Source: an uncultured Gammaproteobacteria bacterium (GTDB taxonomy: Bacteria > Patescibacteriota > Microgenomatia > UBA12405). Taken from it: a DNA stretch of 64,000 bases. A model generated the notes under the pieces. It ran no database searches and was not told where the DNA came from. It saw only the letters and a program-made list of their open reading frames with translations. Positions 56,312 through 64,000 of this stretch are shown here, one piece after another (the first letter of the stretch is position 1; each line of letters opens with the position of its first letter). The position numbers and the translations under genes were made by a program. Location of the stretch: the NCBI GenBank assembly GCA_964448705.1, contig CAYUZS010000002.1, positions 49,577 to 113,576 on the forward strand, written 5' to 3'.

Positions 56312-57806
56312 AAAGAAACAGATAAGAGTGATGCTGATTCATCCGCCGGGAACAGTTTACGGATCGGGAATCCTGGGGCCGAGTATACCAATGGGTTTGT
56401 TGTTTATTTCTTCGTATTTAAAAAGCAAAGGAGTGGAAGTTAAATTTTTGGATGCTTTGGCCGGTGACAGTAAAAGGATGATACGAAACGGTCGAGGGCG
56501 ACGATATGGGATGAGCAAAAGAAGAATTTATAAAGCAATAAAAGAATTTAATCCGGAGGTAGTGGGTATTGGCTGTATGTTTACTGCTTACTATAATGAT
56601 GTGGCGGAAATAGCTGAAATTGTGAAATCGGTTAACAAAAAAATCAGAGTAGTGGTGGGAGGGTCTCATGTCAGTGTTGATCCGGAAGGAGTTTTGAAAT
56701 GCAGAAATATTGATGTAGCAGTATTTGGCGAAGGTGAGATAACTATGATGGAGTTATTAAGCAGACGCAAATTGGAAAACATTAAAGGAATAGCCTACAG
56801 AGAGGGAAGAAAAATTATAAAAAATGAACAAAGGGAATTAATTAAAAACCTGGACAGTTTACCGATGGCAGACTGGGAGTCATTGAAAATTGATGAATAT
56901 ATAATGGGAAGCAGTTTTAATATGAGAAAGCCGGTTTATCCGTTAATTTCTTCCAGGGGCTGTCCGGGACATTGTTTATATTGTTCTGTAAATGCAGTAT
57001 GGCATCACTGCTGGCGGGGAAGGAGTCCGGAAAATGTAGTTGATGAAATGGAATATTTAATAAAAAACTATGGAGCAAGGGAGTTTGCTTTTCAGGATGA
57101 TAGTGTTTCTGTGGATAGAATCAGATTTGAAAAAATCTGCGATGAAATAATTAAAAGAAAATTAGATATTAAATGGACAACTCCTAACGGAATTGCCCAC
57201 TGGACTTTAACAAAACCTATTTTGAAGAAAATGAAACAAGCCGGCTGCTATCGGATTACTTTTGGGATAGAATCCGGTGACCCGGAGATGAGAAGATGGG
57301 TAGGAAAACCGTATAGCTTAGAACAGGCAAAAGAATTAACTAAATATGCGAACAGTTTGGGTTTTTGGACATTGGCAACAAACATAGTCGGTTTTCCGTA
57401 TGAAACTATGGATAATCTGAAAAATACCCTTGACTTTGCGATTAAGTCAGATGTCGATTTGGCTTTCTTTTTTCGTTTAAGTTTAAGACCCGGAACGGAA
57501 ATTTATAAAATTTTTGAAAAAGAAAAATGGCTGATAAAAGACAAAAAGTTTATGTTTTCAGAAAATGCCACTTTCAGAACGAAATATTTTACCGGCGAGG
57601 AGGTGGTGGCGATTCAAAATAAATTGTACCGGTCTTTTTTGATACGCAGATGGCTGACTCCCAAAAGTATTTTTAGAGTGATTAATAAATTTAGAAGTTG
57701 GGAAGACGTTCGATATATTCTGCACATTGCGCTGGTAGGTATTAAACTGAATTTTAAATTGTTGATAAACCGAAAAGAGGTAACTTCAGGGGTTTTAAAA
57801 GTTTAG
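56304..57806 (+). CDS. B12-binding-domain radical SAM enzyme (class B radical SAM methyltransferase-like)
   Basis: N-terminal cobalamin-binding-like domain (IRVMLIHPP...YLKSKGVEVKFLD) and CPGHCLYCS CxxxCxxC cluster. Confidence 0.8.
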   Translation: MSKKKQIRVMLIHPPGTVYGSGILGPSIPMGLLFISSYLKSKGVEVKFLDALAGDSKRMIRNGRGRRYGMSKRRIYKAIKEFNPEVVGIGCMFTAYYNDVAEIAEIVKSVNKKIRVVVGGSHVSVDPEGVLKCRNIDVAVFGEGEITMMELLSRRKLENIKGIAYREGRKIIKNEQRELIKNLDSLPMADWESLKIDEYIMGSSFNMRKPVYPLISSRGCPGHCLYCSVNAVWHHCWRGRSPENVVDEMEYLIKNYGAREFAFQDDSVSVDRIRFEKICDEIIKRKLDIKWTTPNGIAHWTLTKPILKKMKQAGCYRITFGIESGDPEMRRWVGKPYSLEQAKELTKYANSLGFWTLATNIVGFPYETMDNLKNTLDFAIKSDVDLAFFFRLSLRPGTEIYKIFEKEKWLIKDKKFMFSENATFRTKYFTGEEVVAIQNKLYRSFLIRRWLTPKSIFRVINKFRSWEDVRYILHIALVGIKLNFKLLINRKEVTSGVLKV

Positions 57807-57808
57807 TT

Positions 57809-59575
57809 GTGCTAAAATTTGGAATGTCTCAACGCAAGATAAAAAAGCTTCGAAACAAGGAAAAGACTGATGAGATATTAACGCAAGGTGCGGAAGTTGT
57901 TAAACATTCCATTAGAAATATTCTAAGCAAAAATAAAGTATTTTTGTTGCTAATTTCAATAGGAATATTATGCCTTTTTTTTAACGGAATAAGAGGCGAT
58001 TTTGTCTCTGACGACTATGCCACAATAATCAACAATAGTGAAATTGGAAGCCTTAATTATTTTGATGGAAATATAACACCAGTGATGTTGGCTAATTTCT
58101 TAGTCGGAAACATTTTTGGAATTCACCCGATCCCCTACCATATATTTAGTGTATTGTTTTATATTTTTACCTGTTGGACGGCATTTATATTCCTGAACTT
58201 TGTAACGTCAGAAAGAATCGCTAAAATTGCTCTAGGATTATTTGCAGGGATGTCGATACATGTAGAAGCAGTGACCTGGATATCCGGTAAGCCGTATTTG
58301 TTTATCGCCTTTTTTGTGATGTTTTCGACAATTACTTTTATTAAATATCTGGAAGAAGATAAGCCGAGATTTCTGGTATATTCTGCGATATCGTTTTTAT
58401 TGGCATTATTGGCTGATATTCCCCGTCCGTTTAGTATATTTTTGGTAATTTTCCTATATCTGGTTATGACGAATAACCGTCAATATTGGCAGAAATCAAA
58501 AAAAACGATTCCATATATAGGATTGTTATTGATAACATCTTTTTTAATAAAATTACCAACAATCACCAATAGAGTGCAATTGGTTAACGGTGGTTATAAT
58601 GCCACTGACAGCATTTTCTATAATCCATTTTTCCAATACCCAACAGGAATTCCCAAATATCTGCAGCTAATACTTTTTCCGGTAGATTTGACACTGTACC
58701 ATACAATGTATATATTGCCGGTATGGCTTAATTGGATGATATTTTTATCCTATATTGGCTTATTAATTGTTACATTCAAGAGAAACAAAAATATATTTTT
58801 TGGTTTAAGTTTTTTTCTTCTGACTTTACTGCCGTCTATGGCACCGATAAAGGTTAGTTGGCTGGTGGCAGAAAGATATGGCCTACTACCGTCATTGGGT
58901 ATAGCAATGGTGATGGCAACGGTGATAGATGATTTATGGAAAAGAAGAAAAGAAGCAGCAATAGTGGTGATGTCCGGCTGGTGCGTGTTTTATGCCGTCA
59001 GAACATATTTGAGAAATATTGATTGGCAGACAAATCATAATTTATGGGTTAATACCTGCCAAGTGTCTCCAAACAGCCATAACGCCTGGAATAATATTGG
59101 AGATGATTACGACAAATTAGCAGCCGAAGCGACAAATGATACGGAAAAAATGAATCAGTATTACAACGCCATAAAAGGTTTCTCGCAGTCGACAATTGTG
59201 AAACCAAATTATGCCGATGCCTACCATAATCGGGCAAATATTTTATATAAAATCGGCAGACTGGATTTGGCCAGAGATAGCTATGAAACTGCTTTGTACT
59301 ACACCCCAACCCTCTATCAGACATATTTAAGCTTGGTGCAGATTGATTTGCTGGAAGGGAAAATTCAACTAGCGATGGAACATGCAAACAAGGCGGTTGA
59401 AATTCAACCAAATGATCCGCAATCCGCTTATGTGGTGGCGGTTGTTTATGCCCAGGGTGGAGAGTTTGAAAAAGCGGAACAAATTTTAAAAAATATACTT
59501 CAGGCGTATCCGAATTACACCCAGGCTTCAGAAACTTTGAAACAACTTAAAGCAATAATGATTGGGAATTCTTAA
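57809..59575 (+). CDS. GT-C-like polytopic membrane protein with C-terminal TPR repeats (TMTC/PMT-like)
   Basis: First loop GDFVSDDYATII (DD-aromatic motif), about 10 TM, then at least 3 TPR-like repeats (AYHNRANILYKIGRLDLARDSYETAL...). Confidence 0.55.
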   Translation: MLKFGMSQRKIKKLRNKEKTDEILTQGAEVVKHSIRNILSKNKVFLLLISIGILCLFFNGIRGDFVSDDYATIINNSEIGSLNYFDGNITPVMLANFLVGNIFGIHPIPYHIFSVLFYIFTCWTAFIFLNFVTSERIAKIALGLFAGMSIHVEAVTWISGKPYLFIAFFVMFSTITFIKYLEEDKPRFLVYSAISFLLALLADIPRPFSIFLVIFLYLVMTNNRQYWQKSKKTIPYIGLLLITSFLIKLPTITNRVQLVNGGYNATDSIFYNPFFQYPTGIPKYLQLILFPVDLTLYHTMYILPVWLNWMIFLSYIGLLIVTFKRNKNIFFGLSFFLLTLLPSMAPIKVSWLVAERYGLLPSLGIAMVMATVIDDLWKRRKEAAIVVMSGWCVFYAVRTYLRNIDWQTNHNLWVNTCQVSPNSHNAWNNIGDDYDKLAAEATNDTEKMNQYYNAIKGFSQSTIVKPNYADAYHNRANILYKIGRLDLARDSYETALYYTPTLYQTYLSLVQIDLLEGKIQLAMEHANKAVEIQPNDPQSAYVVAVVYAQGGEFEKAEQILKNILQAYPNYTQASETLKQLKAIMIGNS

Positions 59576-60603
59576 AGAATACCTTTATTTTTTGAACAAT
59601 TTCGACAAAAAGAGTAGTGTTGATGATTCTGACGAAATTTTTTAGCCGAATCCCCGTTCCAAACAGAATTAGAATCCTGACGGACAATATTGCCGAATGA
59701 AAAACGGGAAAGAGCAGTATCGTAATCTATAAACTGAGGAATTATGCAGCAGGGAAGAATATCGCCTGAGGCAGTAATTTGTGGATATATCCATGGATAA
59801 TAGCACTGTTTATTCTTTATAACGGTGGAAGGAAATGTGACTTTAAGATGATGATTTTGGGCGTAGCTTTCTAAATTTTGAAAAATAGTCTTTATTTTAC
59901 CTGATTCATAGAGATGGTTAATGTAAGGTGAAATTTGATGAATGTTTTGAGTACTAACAGTGTCGATGTTCAGAGAATCGGCCAGATCGAATATTTTAGT
60001 TAAATGCCGAATATCTTTTAAGTTGAAGTCTAAAAGGACAACATTAATAATAATTTGAGTCGGAAGAGAATTTTTTACAACAAACTGTTTTAGAAGTTTG
60101 AGGTTTTTAACTAAAAGAGAATAATCGGCACCGGCTCTGATTTGAGAATATTTTTTAGGTATTCCGGATTCCATGGAGATTTTTATATATTTGACAGGAT
60201 ATTTTTTAAGATAGTAAAGGTGCTTTTTATTCAATAATTGAAGATTGGTGATAAAGGTGGTGGAGATTTTATTTTGAGAACAGAGACGAAGCAGTTGGCC
60301 GAAATACGGATTGAGAAGAGTTTCTCCCATGCCGGTTAGATTTATCGATATCGGTTTTAATTTTTTGATGATTAGGGATAATGATTCGGGAGTGAGAAAT
60401 TTTAACGGCTGGTGACTTTTGTTTAAGGAACACATCCGACAATGCAGATTGCAGACGGCCGATGGTTCGATTTGAATTTCCATAGGTAATGAGGCCTGTT
60501 TTGTTTTAAAGAAAGCATGAAGATAACTATTTAAAGTCGGAATAAAATGACGGGGAGGAAAGCTGAATAAATTAATAATTCCTTTTAAATATGGTGAATT
60601 CAT
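59572..60603 (-). CDS. Radical SAM enzyme with C-terminal SPASM/twitch-like Cys-rich domain
   Basis: CNLHCRMCS CxxxCxxC. C-terminal cysteines in ...ILPCCIIPQF...YSFCRNCSKNKG. Confidence 0.7.
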   Translation of the reverse strand: MNSPYLKGIINLFSFPPRHFIPTLNSYLHAFFKTKQASLPMEIQIEPSAVCNLHCRMCSLNKSHQPLKFLTPESLSLIIKKLKPISINLTGMGETLLNPYFGQLLRLCSQNKISTTFITNLQLLNKKHLYYLKKYPVKYIKISMESGIPKKYSQIRAGADYSLLVKNLKLLKQFVVKNSLPTQIIINVVLLDFNLKDIRHLTKIFDLADSLNIDTVSTQNIHQISPYINHLYESGKIKTIFQNLESYAQNHHLKVTFPSTVIKNKQCYYPWIYPQITASGDILPCCIIPQFIDYDTALSRFSFGNIVRQDSNSVWNGDSAKKFRQNHQHYSFCRNCSKNKGIL

Positions 60604-61793
60604 GAAGTGAAAATTTGTTGATAAATTTTTTCCGCCTGTTTTTCCCAGGTCCAGGATTCAGCGATAAGGGTTAAGCCGGAGGTTGATAAGTGCTGGTAAA
60701 GAGTTTTATTTTCGGACAATTTTATTATAGATTTGGCGAACTTTTTGTAGTCAAAACATGGAACTTTTATGAAACCCTGCGGATAATAAGTTTTTAGAGC
60801 GGGCAGATCAAAAGAAATACCCGGCAAACCCCAGGACAAGCCTTCAGCAGCTGCCATACCGCCGCTGTCGAAAGTAGCCGGATGAAGAATCATCTGACTG
60901 TTTTGGAAAATATTTATTTTGTCTTTTCCTTCCATAAATCCAAACATTTTAATGTTTTTGGATAAATTATGTAGTTTTATTTCATGCTTAATTTTGGTTT
61001 CTAATTGGCCGTTACCGATGAGCGCTAATTTAGCATTAGGGATTTTTTGAGTTACCAACTGCCAGATATCAATTAATTGTAAAACTCCCTTTTGAACATG
61101 AAGACGACCTAGATAACATGCTAAGTAAGGTCTTTTCGATGGATCCCGATATGACTTTGACTGTTTATATTTTTCAAAATTTACTGAATTAACTCCGCCT
61201 CTAACTATAATTACCCTCGGGCGATTAAATTTTGATTTATCGGGTTGGCTGGTTACAAAAACAATATCAGCAAAGTGTTCTGTCAGAAAACGGGACGGAA
61301 TCTGAGAGAGAAAATAAAAGAAACCTTTGAGCGATTGATGATTTTGATTATAAGGTGAATTCTGATCCAAAGGATTAGGGGCAAAAAGATAAAAAGAGGC
61401 TATCCAGATGGTTTGAGGATGAAATATTTTAATAAATAGAGCCGGTAAGAGATCAGGATAAAAATCAGATACAGATAGGACATATTGATATTTTTTAATA
61501 TCAGTCCAATGACTTAAAACGTAGGAAAGACATTTAAAAACCCGACGGATTTGGTGACGAATAAGATTCCCAAGCTGATAATGGCCGGAGTTGTTATAAA
61601 TGTCGACTTTAATTCCGGAAAAATTTGTTTGATGACGTTTGCCCAACTCAAATGATTCGGGAACACCCAAAAGAAAAAGGTCTATTTTTTTACGCCATTG
61701 TTTACATAGGTTTACCCAAATCCTGTCCCCTCCAGATAAACCATGCCCCAAGTTATTGACAGCAATAACCAATAGTTTGGACGACGAGTTCAT
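60600..61793 (-). CDS. Glycosyltransferase, GT4 family
   Basis: Start moved to MNSSSKLLVIAVNNLGHGLSGGDRIW (61791-61793). The ORF-track 75-aa N-terminal extension is unlikely because it overlaps the divergent methyltransferase. C-terminal GGMAAAEGLSWGLPGISFD. Confidence 0.75.
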   Translation of the reverse strand: MNSSSKLLVIAVNNLGHGLSGGDRIWVNLCKQWRKKIDLFLLGVPESFELGKRHQTNFSGIKVDIYNNSGHYQLGNLIRHQIRRVFKCLSYVLSHWTDIKKYQYVLSVSDFYPDLLPALFIKIFHPQTIWIASFYLFAPNPLDQNSPYNQNHQSLKGFFYFLSQIPSRFLTEHFADIVFVTSQPDKSKFNRPRVIIVRGGVNSVNFEKYKQSKSYRDPSKRPYLACYLGRLHVQKGVLQLIDIWQLVTQKIPNAKLALIGNGQLETKIKHEIKLHNLSKNIKMFGFMEGKDKINIFQNSQMILHPATFDSGGMAAAEGLSWGLPGISFDLPALKTYYPQGFIKVPCFDYKKFAKSIIKLSENKTLYQHLSTSGLTLIAESWTWEKQAEKIYQQIFTS

Positions 61794-61815
61794 ATGAGTT
61801 ATTATATAGATTATT

Positions 61816-62427
61816 ATGGTAAAAATTAATTTGGGATCGGGTCCTTCAGGAGTATCCGGCTGGCGAAACTTTGATTGGGGTTTATTGCCGATGATAGGGA
61901 AATATAATTTATTATCGATATTTGTACGATTGGGTTTGTTGAAAGAATCATATTTAGTTAAATGGCCGGAGATTGAATTGGTTGATATCCGAAAAAAATT
62001 ACCTTTGGATAACAAAAGTGTTAATTTTGTTTACTGCTCCCACGTTTTGGAGCATTTTGAAAGAGAAGAAACAGCAGCAATTTTGAAAGAAGTAAAAAGA
62101 ATACTTAAAAAAAACGGTAGAATTAGAATTGTTCTTCCGGATTTAGAAAAAATTTATAAAAAGTATATTAACAGCGAAAAAATTAATGATGTTTTAGCCG
62201 GATATCCGAAAAGTGAATATAGCGGTATGTTGGGGAATATAAAAAGACATTTTGTGAGACCTCATTTGTGGATGTATACCTATTCGACTTTTAAAAAAAT
62301 GCTTCAGGAGTCAGGTTTCAAAAATATAAAAAAATCTGCTTTTAAAAAAGGTGATTTTCCAGATATTGATAAGTTAGATCTGGATATACACGAAGATTTA
62401 AGCTTTTACGTAGAAGCGGGTAATTAA
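61816..62427 (+). CDS. Class I SAM-dependent methyltransferase (Methyltransf_11/23-like)
   Basis: MVKINLGSGP...FVYCSHVLEHF. Confidence 0.7.
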   Translation: MVKINLGSGPSGVSGWRNFDWGLLPMIGKYNLLSIFVRLGLLKESYLVKWPEIELVDIRKKLPLDNKSVNFVYCSHVLEHFEREETAAILKEVKRILKKNGRIRIVLPDLEKIYKKYINSEKINDVLAGYPKSEYSGMLGNIKRHFVRPHLWMYTYSTFKKMLQESGFKNIKKSAFKKGDFPDIDKLDLDIHEDLSFYVEAGN

Positions 62428-63504
62428 ACTGATGTTTTTATCGGAAAAATGGCGAAGAGCATAGGAACGACAATTTTTTTTAAGAGAAGTTAGTCGGGAT
62501 ATACGTTTAAGTTCCGAAAGAATATTTTTATAGGTAGGTTTGATTAAAATCCCAACGGAAGGATCGACAACTTCCGGGACAGCACCCAAATTGGTAGCTA
62601 AAACCGGAACACCGCAGGAAATTGCTTCCATGACTACCCTACCCCAACCTTCATCATATTTTGAAGGAAGGCAAAAAACAGAAGCCTGACGATAATAATT
62701 TTGTAATTCCGAATAGGGAACATCGCCGATAAGCTGAATGTTGGAAAGTGAAGAAGAAATTAGTTTTATTTTTGGAAATTGGGGGCCAGTGCCGACAAAT
62801 ATAAAATTGAGGTGAGGAAGTTTTTGGGCAGCACGGGCCAAAGAGAGTGCATTTTTAGGCGGTATCATCCGACCAATGAAAAGAACGGTTGGTTTAGAGG
62901 GCAGTGTCGGAGACGGAGAAAAACGATTGGTATCGATCCAATGGCGGTAGCGATGAATTTTGGAAGACTGAACACCTAATTTACGAAGCTGTTCAATGGA
63001 GCGATCGGACTGGGTTAAAACGACGTCCACCCGATTTAATATTGAAGCAATGTATTTCTGACCATTGGGTACCTGATCATAACTGGAATAAATGCTGACA
63101 AGATGAGTTTTTACTTTAAATATTTTTTGAAAGATGATTCCGACTACAGCGGCATTAAGACCATGAGAATGAATAACATCAAGGGAAGGACGATGAATAA
63201 TCTGCCATAACAGAGAGCGGATTAGTAAATAAGGAGTAAGGTAAATAAAATTTAATAATGGGTGTGACTCCAAACGATGAAAAAGGTTGTATCCAAAATA
63301 ACGGAATCTGCGGACGTAAAGATATGGGGAATGTTCATATTTTTTCCAAGACAAATGTTTGGTGGTCAAGGGAGAATAAGTGAGAACATAATTTTGATAA
63401 TGAAGAGAAGCAAGTTTGGTGGTTAGATCGTGAAGGTGGGTTTCGACACCGCCGATATTAGGCGGATAAAATGGAGTAAGGTGGAGGATTTTTATTGATT
63501 CCAT
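62398..63504 (-). CDS. Glycosyltransferase, GT4 family
   Basis: IKILHLTPFYPPNIGGVETHLHDL N-terminus and EGWGRVVMEAISCGVPVLATNLG C-terminus. Confidence 0.8.
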   Translation of the reverse strand: MESIKILHLTPFYPPNIGGVETHLHDLTTKLASLHYQNYVLTYSPLTTKHLSWKKYEHSPYLYVRRFRYFGYNLFHRLESHPLLNFIYLTPYLLIRSLLWQIIHRPSLDVIHSHGLNAAVVGIIFQKIFKVKTHLVSIYSSYDQVPNGQKYIASILNRVDVVLTQSDRSIEQLRKLGVQSSKIHRYRHWIDTNRFSPSPTLPSKPTVLFIGRMIPPKNALSLARAAQKLPHLNFIFVGTGPQFPKIKLISSSLSNIQLIGDVPYSELQNYYRQASVFCLPSKYDEGWGRVVMEAISCGVPVLATNLGAVPEVVDPSVGILIKPTYKNILSELKRISRLTSLKKNCRSYALRHFSDKNISLITRFYVKA

Positions 63505-64000
63505 GTTTGCCTGTTTATCGGTCTTAAGAGACCTAAATATTTTTTAATCGTGATAAAAATATAAACTACAACCGAGAGAAAGCAGGCAATCGGGTGAAAG
63601 AACCAGGCAATATCCGGTTTTTTAAAAAAGCCCCGACAGGCATCAATAAAGGGAGGAATTATAAACAGACTGTAAAAGACAAAGTATGGCACCCGATTTT
63701 GAGTTTGCCATTGATATTTTCGAAATGGTATATAGTAGTAATAATCCGTTAAGCGGCGGCTTTGCTTTTTAATAAATTTTTTTAAAGAACTTTCGCAAAA
63801 AGTGTGAATAATGCCAACTTTAACTTTAGCAAAATACAAAGGTTTGGGAGCCATTGCCAGCAAGTCTATATCAAATAGATAATCACCTGTAAAGAATTTG
63901 ATTAAAAATGTTTTTCGAAAAATAGTTCCGTTTGCCCCGATAGTTGGGAGATGTTGATTGCTATCGATACATAATTTTAGATAATGAGGAAAGTCAGTTT
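63492..64000 (-). CDS. C-terminal part of a membrane-anchored GT2-like glycosyltransferase; the 5' end lies outside the window
   Basis: The frame is open from the window edge (...DSNQHLPTIGANGTIFRKTF...DYLFDIDLLAMAPKPLYF...) into 2 C-terminal TM segments. Weak GT2-like blocks only. Confidence 0.3.
   Translation of the reverse strand, partial: TDFPHYLKLCIDSNQHLPTIGANGTIFRKTFLIKFFTGDYLFDIDLLAMAPKPLYFAKVKVGIIHTFCESSLKKFIKKQSRRLTDYYYYIPFRKYQWQTQNRVPYFVFYSLFIIPPFIDACRGFFKKPDIAWFFHPIACFLSVVVYIFITIKKYLGLLRPINRQTWNQ

Noticed and set aside
61794-62015. 75-aa N-terminal extension of the GT4 at 60600 (ORF track start at 62015)
   Set aside because: It would overlap the divergent methyltransferase gene by 200 bp. 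A canonical GT4 N-terminus (MNSSSKLLVIAVNN..GG) begins at 61793.
1-64000. Search for mobile elements, integrases, prophage genes, toxin-antitoxin pairs and restriction-modification systems
   Set aside because: No transposase, integrase, recombinase or phage structural motifs were recognised. The three SAM methyltransferases look like small-molecule/sugar O-MTases (motif I only, about 200-280 aa) rather than DNA MTases. The many short antisense ORFs in the track (e.g. 1591-1791, 3702-3887, 4868-5053, 7653-7956, 11039-12126) lie inside well-supported genes and were treated as spurious.

Overview
This 64-kb window comes from a compact, low-GC bacterial genome with almost no intergenic space and frequent 1-4 nt start/stop overlaps. 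Most genes lie on the minus strand. The gene content resembles Patescibacteria/CPR-like organisms, but that is inference only. The left ~13 kb holds a division/cell-wall (dcw) cluster read on the minus strand: rsmH - ftsL-like - ftsI - murE-like - [Bpt/ATE-like] - mpl/murC-like - mraY - [NlpC/P60] - [PLP enzyme] - [ATP-grasp] - ftsW (partial). One antisense LysW-like zinc-ribbon minigene sits inside it. Downstream are a lipoprotein where mraZ normally sits, glyS with a candidate T-box leader, two small AT-rich ORFs, recO and a DUF4012 protein. The remaining ~50 kb is one large envelope-glycan / glycosylation locus. It contains an initiating phosphoglycosyltransferase, ManC, GalE, an AsnB-type amidotransferase, about 13 GT-B (GT4) and about 6 GT-A (GT2) glycosyltransferases, and at least 5 polytopic GT-C (PMT/ArnT-like) enzymes. 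It also carries Wzx/Wzy-like and Wzm/Wzt export components, three SAM methyltransferases, a B12-binding radical-SAM enzyme, a radical-SAM/SPASM enzyme, a YvcK/CofD-like protein, a sugar O-acetyltransferase and a NYN-domain protein. An in-frame 24-nt tandem repeat with dispersed copies occurs inside and between GT4 genes, and a ~19-kb AT-richer block looks like an acquired island. No rRNA, tRNA, CRISPR array, transposase or integrase was recognised. All family assignments come from motif recognition by eye; no searches were run.
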